From positions 1-43,959 of the forward strand of contig JAZKFH010000007.1 of the NCBI GenBank assembly GCA_040386535.1: DNA of 43,959 nt, read 5' to 3'. Below the pieces are notes generated by a model. The model did no database searches and had not been told where the DNA came from. It saw nothing but the letters and a program-made list of their open reading frames with translations. The stretch is from Myxococcota bacterium (GTDB lineage: Bacteria; Myxococcota_A; UBA796; SXON01). This document shows positions 17,731 to 27,140 of the stretch, in pieces. A program made the translations under genes and the position numbers. Positions within the stretch are counted from its first letter, which is position 1, and each line of letters begins with the position of its first letter.

Positions 17731-19086
17731 CTACCGCCCCAGCTCGAACCGGAGCGCGGCTTCCAGGTCCGGCCGCACGAACGTGTAGCCGCTCTCCAAG
17801 AGGCGCTTGGGCGCGACGCGCTGGCCCTCCAACAGGATGCCCTGGCCCATCTCGCCGAAGATCGTGCGCACGGCGAAGCCGGGCAGCGGCATGAACGAGG
17901 GACGCCCGAGCACGTGGCCGAGGGCCTTGGCGAACTCCCCTTGGCTGGTCACGCGCGGCGCCACGAGGTTCACCGGGCCCTCCAGCCCCGCGCCCATGAG
18001 GTGGTGCAGGGCGCCGATCGTGTCGTCCATCGCGATCCACGGGAAGCCCTGCTTGCCGTCGCCGATGGGGCCGCCGACGCCGAACAGGAAGGGGGTCTTC
18101 ATCTCGGAGAGCGCGCCCCCGCTCCCCGAGAGCACCACGCCGATGCGCGGGTGCACCACCCGAACGCCCGCCGCCCGCGCCGGAGCGGCTGCGCCCTCCC
18201 ACGCCTTGCACACCTCGGCCAGGAAGCCCGTGCCGTTGGGCGCGGACTCGTCCACCACGGTGTCGCCCGTGTGGCCGTAGTAGCCGACGGCGGAGGCCGA
18301 GATCAACAGCGGCTTCTTGTCGAGCGCCGCCACCGCCGTGGCGATCGTGTGCGTGCCGTCCACGCGGCTCTTCATCACCTCGGTCTTGCGGGCGTCGGTC
18401 CACCGGCCGCCGGCCACGTTCTCGCCGGCCAGGTGCACCACGACATCGACGCCCTCGAGCGCGCGGGTGTCGATGGTGCGTCGGGCGGGGTCCCACGCGA
18501 TCTCGCCGGCGCCAGCGTCGCGACGCACGAGCCGATCGACGCGGTGGCCGCCGGTGGTGAGGAACGCGCAGAGCTGCGTGCCGATGAGGCCAGAGGCGCC
18601 GGTGACGGCGACGCGGAGGGACTTCATGGGGAATCCTGTGTGCCGCGCGAGGTCTTCGCGGGTGCGTTGGTGGCGAAAGTCGAACATGCGGTCGATGCGG
18701 GAGCGGGCGAACGCCCCGCCGAAGGTCTGCCCGAGCGGGCCGAGCGGGAGCGTGTACTCGATGTGGTCGACGAGCGTGCTGCCGCCCTCACTCCCCTGTT
18801 CGAAGCTGTGCGTGTGCTCCCAGGACGTGAACGGGCCCTGCACCTGTACATCCTGGAACCGCTTGCCGGGCACGGCGTTCTGGTGCTGGGCCACGAGGGT
18901 CTGCCAGATGGGGCCGAGCACGTTGATGCGCATCGTGACGCGGCGCTCTTCGAACGGGCCACGCGCCTCGACCACCTCGGCGTTGTCGAAGGGCGGCAGC
19001 AGCCGCTGGAGCGCGCCCTCGCGGCTGTGCCACGCGTACAGCTCCTCGGGCGAGCAGGGCATCGGAGAGCGGCGCTCGAAGATCAT
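17731..19086 (-). CDS. TIGR01777-family NAD-dependent epimerase/oxidoreductase with N-terminal SRPBCC domain
   Basis: N-terminal WHSREGALQRLLPP...GPFTSWEHTHSF; then VAVTGASGLIG, HLAGENVAGGRWT, SASAVGYYG, RIGVVL. Confidence 0.9.
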   Translation of the reverse strand: MIFERRSPMPCSPEELYAWHSREGALQRLLPPFDNAEVVEARGPFEERRVTMRINVLGPIWQTLVAQHQNAVPGKRFQDVQVQGPFTSWEHTHSFEQGSEGGSTLVDHIEYTLPLGPLGQTFGGAFARSRIDRMFDFRHQRTREDLARHTGFPMKSLRVAVTGASGLIGTQLCAFLTTGGHRVDRLVRRDAGAGEIAWDPARRTIDTRALEGVDVVVHLAGENVAGGRWTDARKTEVMKSRVDGTHTIATAVAALDKKPLLISASAVGYYGHTGDTVVDESAPNGTGFLAEVCKAWEGAAAPARAAGVRVVHPRIGVVLSGSGGALSEMKTPFLFGVGGPIGDGKQGFPWIAMDDTIGALHHLMGAGLEGPVNLVAPRVTSQGEFAKALGHVLGRPSFMPLPGFAVRTIFGEMGQGILLEGQRVAPKRLLESGYTFVRPDLEAALRFELGR

Positions 19087-19122
19087 CCTCGTCCGTGGCG
19101 TTGGACTCGTTATCCCTGCGGG

Positions 19123-19899
19123 ATGAACGTGCGCACGGTCTCCTGCCTCACCGACAACTACGCGTATCTGCTCGTACACGATGGGCGCGCCGTGGTCATC
19201 GACCCCTCCGAGGGCCCCCCCGTCGCCGCCGCGGTCGACGCGGAGGGCGTCTCCCTCGGCGCCCTCTGGCTCACCCACCACCACTGGGACCACGTCGGCG
19301 GGCTCCCCGATCTGCTCGCGCGGGCCGCCGTCCCCGTGGTGGGGAGCCGCTACGACCTCGACCAGGCGCGGATCGACGGGCAGACCGTCGCCGCGGACGA
19401 GGACACCGTCCTGTTCTTCGGCGGGCACACCGCGCGGATCCACCTCGTCCCCGGCCACACCCTCGGCGCCATCGCCATCGAGATCGGCGGCCACCTGTTC
19501 ACCGGCGACACGTTGTTCGCGGGCGGCTGCGGCCGCGTGTTCGAGGGCACGATGCCGATGATGCGGGCCTCGTTGGAGAAGCTCCGCGCGCTCGACCCCG
19601 CGCTCCGGGTGTGGTGCGGGCACGAGTACACGGTCAAGAACCTGGAGTTCGCCGCGGCGCTCACGGCGGAGAACGGCGAGCCCGAGCCCGCCATCGCCGC
19701 GCGGCTCGCCCAGGCGCGGGCCCAACGTGCGCGCGGCGAGCCCACCGTGGGCCATCCCCTCGCCGACGAGCTCGCCACGAACCCCTTCCTGCGCTGGGAC
19801 GCCCCCGCCGTGCGCGCCGCCGCCGCGCGGATGGGCGCCGATCCGCAGGATCCCGACGAGGTCTTCGGCGCCATCCGCCACGCGAAGGATCGCGCGTAG
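19123..19899 (+). CDS. gloB: Hydroxyacylglutathione hydrolase (glyoxalase II)
   Basis: DNYAYLL, THHHWDHVGG, PGHT, FTGDTLFAGGCGR, CGHEYT, ELATNPFLR. Confidence 0.93.
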   Translation: MNVRTVSCLTDNYAYLLVHDGRAVVIDPSEGPPVAAAVDAEGVSLGALWLTHHHWDHVGGLPDLLARAAVPVVGSRYDLDQARIDGQTVAADEDTVLFFGGHTARIHLVPGHTLGAIAIEIGGHLFTGDTLFAGGCGRVFEGTMPMMRASLEKLRALDPALRVWCGHEYTVKNLEFAAALTAENGEPEPAIAARLAQARAQRARGEPTVGHPLADELATNPFLRWDAPAVRAAAARMGADPQDPDEVFGAIRHAKDRA

Positions 19900-19922
19900 A
19901 TTTCCGCCCGCACGGAGCCCCC

Positions 19923-20381
19923 ATGGCCCACGTCGAAGCCATCTTCCTCCTCCCGATCAAGGGCGGCGCCCCCGTGCGGCACCCCGCCGCGAACGCGGTC
20001 GCCGGGCGCGGCCTGGACGGCGACCACCACCAGGCGCCCGTCACGTTGTTCGGGATCGACCACACGCCGGAGAACCAGCTCACCCTCATCGAGGCCGAGG
20101 CGCTCGACGCCCTCGCGCGGAAGCTGGGCGAGCCGCTCCCCGAGGGCGCGTCGCGACGCAACCTCGTCACCCGCGGGGTGCGCCTCAACGCGTTGGTGGG
20201 CCGCACCTTCCGCATCGGCGCGGTGCGCGCGCGCGGGATCGAGCGTTGTGATCCCTGCCTCCACCTCGAGTCGATGACGCGGCCCGGTGTGTTGCGTGGG
20301 CTGGTGAACCGGGGTGGGCTCCGCGCAGAAGTGCTCTCGGATGGTGTGCTGCACGAGGGAGATCCGATCGTGGTGGAGTGA
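19923..20381 (+). CDS. MOSC domain protein
   Basis: GRGLDGD, QLTLIEAE, RRNLVTRG, CDPC, RGGLRAEV; GGAG before ATG 19923. Confidence 0.9.
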   Translation: MAHVEAIFLLPIKGGAPVRHPAANAVAGRGLDGDHHQAPVTLFGIDHTPENQLTLIEAEALDALARKLGEPLPEGASRRNLVTRGVRLNALVGRTFRIGAVRARGIERCDPCLHLESMTRPGVLRGLVNRGGLRAEVLSDGVLHEGDPIVVE

Positions 20382-20402
20382 GGCTTCTCCACTCCCTGCG
20401 CA

Positions 20403-21005
20403 CTACCCGACCACGTCCGCGACCCCGCGGAACCACGCGCCCGCCACGATCTCCATCCGTGACCGCACGGGCACCGGGAGCACGGCGAGGCCGCGCGCGA
20501 GGTTCGAGAGCAGGGCCTCGATGCGGCATTCGTCCGCCATCACCGCGGCGTCGGGGGTGCCCGCCTCGATCCAGGCCCGCTCCTTGGCGTTCGCGAAGCG
20601 CCAGAGGCCTTCGGGCGCGTGGACCGCGGCCGGCGCGCGCACGTCGGTGAACAGGCGGCGGGCGCGGGGCACGTGGTAGCGCGCGGTCACGACGAGCCCG
20701 CGCCGTACGCCCCGCGCGGCGAAGAGCGCGGCGCCCTCCACCGCCTCCTCGCGGGTGGACCGGGTCACGTCCATGCGGACGATCGCGCTGTCCGGCACGC
20801 CCAGCTCCGCGAGGTACTCCGCGACGATGGCGCTGCCGGAGCGCTCCTGGCCGCGCAGGCGGGCCTCCAGCGTCGCGACGAAGGGGGCGCCGGCACGCCA
20901 CGCGGCGGAGGCGGCGGCGGCGCGGGCGCGCAGCTCCCGTCGGGCGCGATCCGGGTCGCGGCGGAGCTCCTTGCCCAGGATGAGGACGGCGTCGAACGGG
21001 CGCAT
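20403..21005 (-). CDS. YdcF/DUF218 family protein
   Basis: DAVLILG, LGVPDSAI, TRSTREEA, LVVTARYHVPRA. Start 21005 or 21023. Confidence 0.82.
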   Translation of the reverse strand: MRPFDAVLILGKELRRDPDRARRELRARAAAASAAWRAGAPFVATLEARLRGQERSGSAIVAEYLAELGVPDSAIVRMDVTRSTREEAVEGAALFAARGVRRGLVVTARYHVPRARRLFTDVRAPAAVHAPEGLWRFANAKERAWIEAGTPDAAVMADECRIEALLSNLARGLAVLPVPVRSRMEIVAGAWFRGVADVVG

Positions 21006-21093
21006 GGCGGCGGAGGATGCCATCAACCGGGCCCGCAAGGAAGAGGCCCGCCGCATCGGGCCCGGCCGCCGTCCAGGTGGATACGTCACGGCG

Positions 21094-22752
21094 ATGGTCA
21101 CCCCCGCCACGCCCGCCTCCGCCCGCCAGAGCTTCGCCACGTGGCGCGCCGCCCTCACCTCCTGGTGGGACGACGATCCGCACCTCGCCTCGCTCCTGCG
21201 CCACCACCGCCCCGACGGCGCCGATGTCGACGCGCTCCGCGCCTTCGCGGCGGTCAGCGCGGGGCTCATCGACCGCCTCGCGATCGAGACCAACCGCGAC
21301 GAGCACCTGCCCGCGCTCCGCCGCTGGGACGGCCACGGCAACCGGATCGAAGAGGTGGTGTTCCACCCCGACTACCACACGATCGGGCGCGCGGTGTACC
21401 GCAGCGGCGTGATGAGCCGGTACGCGGCGCCGGGTCGTGAGCTCGAGACGCTCGGCCTGGTCTACCTGCTCGCGCAGGACGGCGAAGGTGGCCACTGCTG
21501 CCCGCTCGCGTGCACCGCGGGGATGATCAAGATCCTCCAGGCCTCCGGTGCGCACCCGGAGTGGCTGGAGCGCCTCTACGATCCCGACTACGACACCCAT
21601 TTCCACGCGAGCCAGTTCCTCACCGAGGTGCAGGGCGGCTCCGACGTTGGCGCCAACACGCTCGTCGCGACCGAGGGCGTCGCCGGGTGGACCGTGACCG
21701 GCGAGAAGTGGTTCTGCTCGGTCATCGACGCCCACCTGTTCCTCGTGACCGCCCGGCCCGACGGCGCCGCCGCGGGCACCCCCGGGCTGCGCACCTTCGT
21801 GGTGCCGCGCCAGCTCCCCGGCGGCGGGGTCAACCACTTCGAGATCCGGCGCCTCAAGTACAAGCTCGGCACCCGCTCCATGGCCTCCGCCGAGGTCGAT
21901 TTCCGCGGCGCGGTCGCGATGCCCGTGGGCGACTTCCGGCGCACGGTCGAGATCGTGCTGAACACGTCGCGCCTGTACAACGCGATCTGCGCGTCCGGCC
22001 TGCTCCAGCGGGCCTGGCGCGAGGCCGACGGCTACGCGCGGGCCCGTGTCGCCTTCGGGCAGCCCATCCTCGCCTTCCCCTCCATCGCGCGGACGGTCGC
22101 ACGGCTGAAGGTCGAGGCCTACGCCGCCCGGAGCGTGAGCTTCCACCTCGCCGCCACCTCCGACACGGCGCTGTCGGATCCGGCGTGGCGCATGCTCGTG
22201 AACCTCAACAAGATCTGGACCGCGCAGACCTGCCCCGCCGGCATGCGCGACGCCATCGAGGTGCTCGGCGGCAACGGCGCGATCGAGGACTTCTCCGTGT
22301 TGCCGCGCCTGTTGCGTGACAGCCTCGTGCTCGAGCAGTGGGAGGGCGGCCACGGCGTGTTGTGCGCGCAGGTGCTCCGCGACGCGAAGAAGCTCCGTCT
22401 GCACGAGCCGATGTTCGCCACGCTCACCGCCCTTGCCGGCAGCGACACCGCCATCACCCCGCGCCTCGCCGACGCGCGCGCCCGCTGGGAGCGGCTGCTC
22501 GCGCTCCCCGAGGCCGACGCGGCCGCGCACATCCGCGATCTGGTCGAGGAGCTGCGCCCGGTGGCCCAGGCTTCGGCCCTCGCCGCCGAGGCGCGCCGCC
22601 CCGACGCCGACCCGCTGCTCCCCGTCGTGATCGAGCACCTGCTCGCCACCTCCCGCCGCGGCTGGGATCCGCTCGACGACACCGGGCTGGGCACGCGCAT
22701 CGCCGCCCTCACCGCTCCCGTCCCCGCCCCGGACCCCGTCCCCGCCGTGTAG
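21094..22752 (+). CDS. Acyl-CoA dehydrogenase family protein (AidB-like)
   Basis: CPLACT, QFLTEVQGGSDVGAN, GEKWFCS, RRLKYKLGTRSMASAEV, IEVLGGNG, WEG. Confidence 0.92.
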   Translation: MVTPATPASARQSFATWRAALTSWWDDDPHLASLLRHHRPDGADVDALRAFAAVSAGLIDRLAIETNRDEHLPALRRWDGHGNRIEEVVFHPDYHTIGRAVYRSGVMSRYAAPGRELETLGLVYLLAQDGEGGHCCPLACTAGMIKILQASGAHPEWLERLYDPDYDTHFHASQFLTEVQGGSDVGANTLVATEGVAGWTVTGEKWFCSVIDAHLFLVTARPDGAAAGTPGLRTFVVPRQLPGGGVNHFEIRRLKYKLGTRSMASAEVDFRGAVAMPVGDFRRTVEIVLNTSRLYNAICASGLLQRAWREADGYARARVAFGQPILAFPSIARTVARLKVEAYAARSVSFHLAATSDTALSDPAWRMLVNLNKIWTAQTCPAGMRDAIEVLGGNGAIEDFSVLPRLLRDSLVLEQWEGGHGVLCAQVLRDAKKLRLHEPMFATLTALAGSDTAITPRLADARARWERLLALPEADAAAHIRDLVEELRPVAQASALAAEARRPDADPLLPVVIEHLLATSRRGWDPLDDTGLGTRIAALTAPVPAPDPVPAV

Positions 22753-22856
22753 TCGGGCGCGCCGCGTAGCCGCGCCCACCGGGCCGCCGATCCCCGCTTC
22801 CCGTGGGCGTCGGCGCCCGCACGACAGGGGGGCGAGCTCGCTCGCAGGAGGCCCGC

Positions 22857-22976
22857 ATGACCACCGATCAGCTGTCGACCAACGCCGCGATGATGCTGTT
22901 CCTCGTCGCCACGCTCCTGTTGCTCATGGGCGTGATCTGGATCGGCCACCTGCGGTACATGATGGGCACGCTCTAG
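22857..22976 (+). CDS. 39-aa single-pass small membrane protein (absent from ORF track)
   Basis: AGGAGG 5 nt before ATG; MTTDQLSTNAAMMLFLVATLLLLMGVIWIGHLRYMMGTL; nearly all third codon positions are G/C. Confidence 0.75.
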   Translation: MTTDQLSTNAAMMLFLVATLLLLMGVIWIGHLRYMMGTL

Positions 22977-23587
22977 CGCCCGACGTGCGCCTCGAACGCG
23001 GCCATCAGCTCGGGCAACGTCCGTGACATCGCCCAGGACTGCACGGGCCCGGGCATCGCGCCGGTGTCGGCCCAGAGCGCGTAGCTGACGTAGGTGCCCC
23101 CGTCGGGCAGCGCGTACAGATCCCACCCGCCTTGCCCGTGGAGCTGAAACGGCGTGTCGTCGACCCACGGGGCGATCTGCGCGGCGTACGGCGCGGGATC
23201 CACCGCGGACCAACAATTCCGCAGCTCGTGGTCGTTCCGCACGAGCGAGCGGAGGGCGACCAGCACCTGCCGGCGGATGTGTACGGCGCCCCAGACGACG
23301 CGGATGTCGAGCTGCTGGAAGATCGCGTTCGGCCCCAGCCGCTCCACGCGCCGGGTGCCGAGGGACTTCGGCGCCCACTCGTCCTGGTCCTCGGGGCGGT
23401 CCATCACGGGCACCCACTTCGCGAAGGGGTGGGCGCTCCGGAAGGTCACCCGGGCCCCGGCGAGCTTCACGCCGTGGGACTCGGCGGCGCCGCGCGCGAC
23501 CACGGGCCGCTCGCTCGCGACGGGCGGGAGGGGGATCTGATCGAGCACCGCGCGCTCGCAGGCCCAGGCGGTCGCAACCAGCAGCAT
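22973..23587 (-). CDS. Exported START/SRPBCC-like lipid-binding domain protein
   Basis: Short signal MLLVATAWA; GGWDLYALPDGGTYVSYALWADTGAMPGPVQSW-type START C-terminus. Confidence 0.65.
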   Translation of the reverse strand: MLLVATAWACERAVLDQIPLPPVASERPVVARGAAESHGVKLAGARVTFRSAHPFAKWVPVMDRPEDQDEWAPKSLGTRRVERLGPNAIFQQLDIRVVWGAVHIRRQVLVALRSLVRNDHELRNCWSAVDPAPYAAQIAPWVDDTPFQLHGQGGWDLYALPDGGTYVSYALWADTGAMPGPVQSWAMSRTLPELMAAFEAHVGR

Positions 23588-23733
23588 GGGCGCAACGTAG
23601 TCGTTCTCGGTCCGCTCGAACCAACTCCTGACGGAACAGGGCAAACCAGGGCCCCGCACGGGCGTCCGAGCGGCTGAAGGACGGGGTACACTCCCCGACG
23701 CCTCACCCCGAGGCGTCTCCTCGAGAGGCCCCG

Positions 23734-25113
23734 ATGTCTCCGCTCCTGTTGCTCGCTCTCGCCTGCAAGGACTCCGGCGCCCCCGAAGGCGTGGATCTGT
23801 TGGCGCAGGCCACCCTCGAGGACGACATCGCGACCGTCGCGTGGGTGACCTGGGAAACGGACGCCCCGGGCACCTCGTGGGTCGAGTACGGCAAAACGCG
23901 CGACCTCGGTCGGTCCACGGTCGCGAGCGCCACGGAGACCACGGACCACGCCGTGCTCCTCGCCGGCCTGACCCCCCGGTCGACCTGGTACTGGCGCCCC
24001 GTGTCCGAGGTGGCCGGGGAGAGGCTCGAGGGCGCGATCGGCGCGCTGGAGACCGGGGTTTCCCCCCAGGAGCTCCCGCAGGTCGACAACACCACCACCT
24101 ACGACGCGTCGCTGGCGCAGCCCGGCTACACGCTCACCACGTCCCTCGGGGATCCGTCGTGGGTCATCATCTACGACACCGATGGCCAGCCCGTCTGGTG
24201 GCAGAAGGCCCCCGAGCAGAGCGTCATCGCGCAGGTGCGCATGTCGCCCGACGGCACGTCGGTGCTCTACAACGTCGCCAGCCTCAACTTCGGCGACGAC
24301 ATCGGCATGATCCGCAAGGTGCGCCTCGACGGCGAGGTCCTTTCCGAGACCCGGACCGAGTGGGGCCACCACGATTTCGTGCCCCTGCCCGAGGGCGGCG
24401 GCTACGCCTACATCGCGGCGGACATCCGCCCCTGGATCGACGACGAGGGGCACGAGCGCCAGGTCGTGGGGGACTCGATCGTAGAGGTGCCCGAGGGCGC
24501 GACAGACGGGTCGGCGTCCACCTGGATCTGGAGCACGTGGGACCACTTCGCCGTGGACGTCGATCCCGCGGTCGACAACGACTTCTACCCCCAGGGCCTC
24601 GACTGGACGCACAGCAACAGCCTCAAGCTGGAAAACGGCCACTACGCCCTGTCCGTCCGCAAGGAGAACGCGTTCGTCAACGTCGAGCGCGCCACGGGCG
24701 ACACGATCTGGCAGATCGGCGGCGTCGGCAGCGAGTGGACGCAGACCGAGGGGCGCACCTTCGTGGGGCAGCACTCGCCCGAGCTCGTGGGGGAAGACTC
24801 GTTCCTGCTCTTCGACAACGGCGACGTCGACATCCGCGGCGCCTACTCCGAGGCGGTCGAGTACAGCATGGATCTGGAGGCGAAGACCTACACGCCCACG
24901 TGGTCCTACGACTATGGCCAGGAGATCTCGTCCTACCTCCTCGGAGACGTCGAGCGGCTCGAGAACGGCAACACGCTGATCGCGTGGGGCAGCGGCGGCA
25001 CGATCACCGAGGTCACGCCCACGGGCGAGATGGCCTTCCAGGTGAGCCTCGGCATCGGGTCGGCCATCGGGTTCACCCACCACATCGACGCGCTCGGCGG
25101 CGTCGCACCGTGA
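23734..25113 (+). CDS. Aryl-sulfate sulfotransferase family lipoprotein with N-terminal FnIII-like domain
   Basis: Lipobox LALAC; GHHDF, DWTHSNSL, GQHSP, LFDNG, RLENGNTLI motifs. Confidence 0.85.
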   Translation: MSPLLLLALACKDSGAPEGVDLLAQATLEDDIATVAWVTWETDAPGTSWVEYGKTRDLGRSTVASATETTDHAVLLAGLTPRSTWYWRPVSEVAGERLEGAIGALETGVSPQELPQVDNTTTYDASLAQPGYTLTTSLGDPSWVIIYDTDGQPVWWQKAPEQSVIAQVRMSPDGTSVLYNVASLNFGDDIGMIRKVRLDGEVLSETRTEWGHHDFVPLPEGGGYAYIAADIRPWIDDEGHERQVVGDSIVEVPEGATDGSASTWIWSTWDHFAVDVDPAVDNDFYPQGLDWTHSNSLKLENGHYALSVRKENAFVNVERATGDTIWQIGGVGSEWTQTEGRTFVGQHSPELVGEDSFLLFDNGDVDIRGAYSEAVEYSMDLEAKTYTPTWSYDYGQEISSYLLGDVERLENGNTLIAWGSGGTITEVTPTGEMAFQVSLGIGSAIGFTHHIDALGGVAP

Positions 25114-25121
25114 GCTTGCGG

Positions 25122-26105
25122 ATGACTCAGCGGATCATGAAGCTCCTCCTGTTGGCCGGCACGATGGTCGGGTGCACCGACAAGGGCGCGGACGACACGG
25201 GCACCGCCCCGTTCGACGGCCGGTTCGGGTTCACCGACGCGAACAACTACAGCTACACGAGCGCACTCAACGTCCAGGCGCAGGAGGTCCAGCTCCGCAA
25301 CGAGGTGACCTTCGACTGGTCTGGCCTGACGACGGATCTGCTCGGCCACGCGATCGACCCCGTCACCGACGTCGACCTGGTGTGGGTGGTGCAGTTCCCC
25401 ACGCTCACGGAGGACCAGGTCGTCGCCGCGATCGTGACGGACACGCTGCTCCAGCAGGACGTGGGCCCCTACATCCAGTTCGACAACGATCCTGCCGACG
25501 TGACGAGCGCGTTGTTGTCCCAGTTCGTGTTCCCGCCGGACACGGCCATCGATCCCGTCGTCGACTTCACCGACGGCACCGGAACGTGGCTCGTGCGGGC
25601 CACCACCGGCGTCGCGGAGAACCGCATGCTCGGCTTCATGCGCCCGACGGACGACAGCACCAACCACACGTTCGTCCTCGGCGCCGACAGCGCCACGCTC
25701 GACTTCGCGGCGGATCTGCAGTCCCTCACGTCGTTTGCCTTGGACGAGGAGCAGCCCACCTACGTCGCCGACTGGTCGGGGCTCGAAACCCACGCCAACG
25801 GCGGCGAGATCGATCTCGTCGATCTCGACCAGCTCATGATCGCGCGGTACGACGGGCGCACCCTCGACGATCTGGAGGCCGACTTCATCGACATCGAGCT
25901 CATCGCCGACGAGCTGTACACCGCCGACGTGTACGAGGTCGCCGACTACCAGGCCGACCTCTCGATGGCCACCAACGCCGAGGGCGTCGCGTTCTCGGGC
26001 TTCGGCGCCGACTCGTTGTGGCTCGTGGCATTGCGCTGCACGACGGTGTGCGCGAACCCCGCGCCGCCGTTCCTCACGGTGGTGCAGGTGGGTGGCGCCG
26101 AATGA
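25122..26105 (+). CDS. Acidic lipoprotein of unknown function
   Basis: MKLLLLAGTMVGC lipobox, DANNYSY, FDWSGLTTDLLGH, C-terminal LRCTTVCANPAP. Start may be 25110, 25122 or 25137. Confidence 0.8.
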   Translation: MTQRIMKLLLLAGTMVGCTDKGADDTGTAPFDGRFGFTDANNYSYTSALNVQAQEVQLRNEVTFDWSGLTTDLLGHAIDPVTDVDLVWVVQFPTLTEDQVVAAIVTDTLLQQDVGPYIQFDNDPADVTSALLSQFVFPPDTAIDPVVDFTDGTGTWLVRATTGVAENRMLGFMRPTDDSTNHTFVLGADSATLDFAADLQSLTSFALDEEQPTYVADWSGLETHANGGEIDLVDLDQLMIARYDGRTLDDLEADFIDIELIADELYTADVYEVADYQADLSMATNAEGVAFSGFGADSLWLVALRCTTVCANPAPPFLTVVQVGGAE

Positions 26106-27127
26106 GCCTGCCCCCGGTCTGGCTGTCCCCCCCGGCGGTGCGCCTTCCCGAGATCGTGCGCACCAACGACGACGTGCTGAAGCTCGTCCACGCCGAGTTC
26201 CGCGGCCCCGAAGACGCGTGGGGCCCGGTGAACCGCCGCATCCGCTCGCTCCTGCGCGCCTGCGGCACGGATCGCCGCCATTGGGAGGCCAACCCCCTCC
26301 CTCTGGCCGGGCACGCCACCACGGCCGCGCGCGCCGCGCTCGAAGCGGCCGGCCTCACCGCCGACGATCTCGACATCGTCCTCTACGGCTCGCTCGCCCG
26401 CGAATACTTCGAGCCCTCCACCGCCTCCGAAGTGGCGTGGATGCTGGGCGCCGAGCGCGCCCTGGCTCTCGACGTGACCGCGGCCTGCGCTGGCAGCCTG
26501 CTCGCCGTCCAGGACTTCGTGGCACGCTCCGCCGTCGACGACGAGCTGCGCACCGGCCTGGTGTGCACCTCGTCGATGACCCCCCCGGGGTTCGTCCAGT
26601 ACGGCATCCAGACCCCCGACGAGGTGGCGATGCTCGGCGCCGGCCTCACGCTCGGCAACGCGGCCACGGCCATCGTCGTCACGCGCACCCAGCCCGCGGG
26701 TGGCGGCGGGCGCATCCGCGGGATGCTCGCGGAGGGCATGTCCGCACACCACGAGCTCTGCCGCGCCGCCATCCACGGGCACTTCGTGAGCGACGGCCCC
26801 GCGATCTTCGCGCTCGCGCGCCACATCCCCGCGCACGTGCACCGCTTGTGCGCCCGCGTCGGCTGGGCCGTGAGCGATGTCGACCTGTTCGTGACCCACC
26901 AGCCCTCGAACAGCGTCCTGCGCGCGATCGCCGGGGCCCTGGAGGTCGATCCGGTCATCATGCCGGCCCTGCACAGCCTCTACGGCAACTGCGCCGAGAG
27001 CTCCGTGCCGCTGGCCCTGCGCCACGCGCTCGACAACGGCCGCATCCGCCCGGGCAGCAAGGTCATCATGACCGCGGCCGCGAGCGGGTTCGTGATGGCG
27101 AGCCTGGCGGTGGAGTGGGAGGGGTAG
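26102..27127 (+). CDS. 3-oxoacyl-ACP synthase III (FabH/OleA-like) family condensing enzyme
   Basis: Cys-His-Asn triad: DVTAACAG, VTHQP, YGNC; ATGA coupling to the upstream gene. Confidence 0.88.
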   Translation: MSLPPVWLSPPAVRLPEIVRTNDDVLKLVHAEFRGPEDAWGPVNRRIRSLLRACGTDRRHWEANPLPLAGHATTAARAALEAAGLTADDLDIVLYGSLAREYFEPSTASEVAWMLGAERALALDVTAACAGSLLAVQDFVARSAVDDELRTGLVCTSSMTPPGFVQYGIQTPDEVAMLGAGLTLGNAATAIVVTRTQPAGGGGRIRGMLAEGMSAHHELCRAAIHGHFVSDGPAIFALARHIPAHVHRLCARVGWAVSDVDLFVTHQPSNSVLRAIAGALEVDPVIMPALHSLYGNCAESSVPLALRHALDNGRIRPGSKVIMTAAASGFVMASLAVEWEG

Positions 27128-27140
27128 CCCCCTCCCGCAA

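Noticed and set aside
20185..22779. 864-aa minus-strand ORF and similar long shadows (11279-12907, 14808-16337, 23467-25083, 33955-35295, 35347-36657)
   Set aside because: Each lies antisense to a gene with clear family motifs and has none itself.
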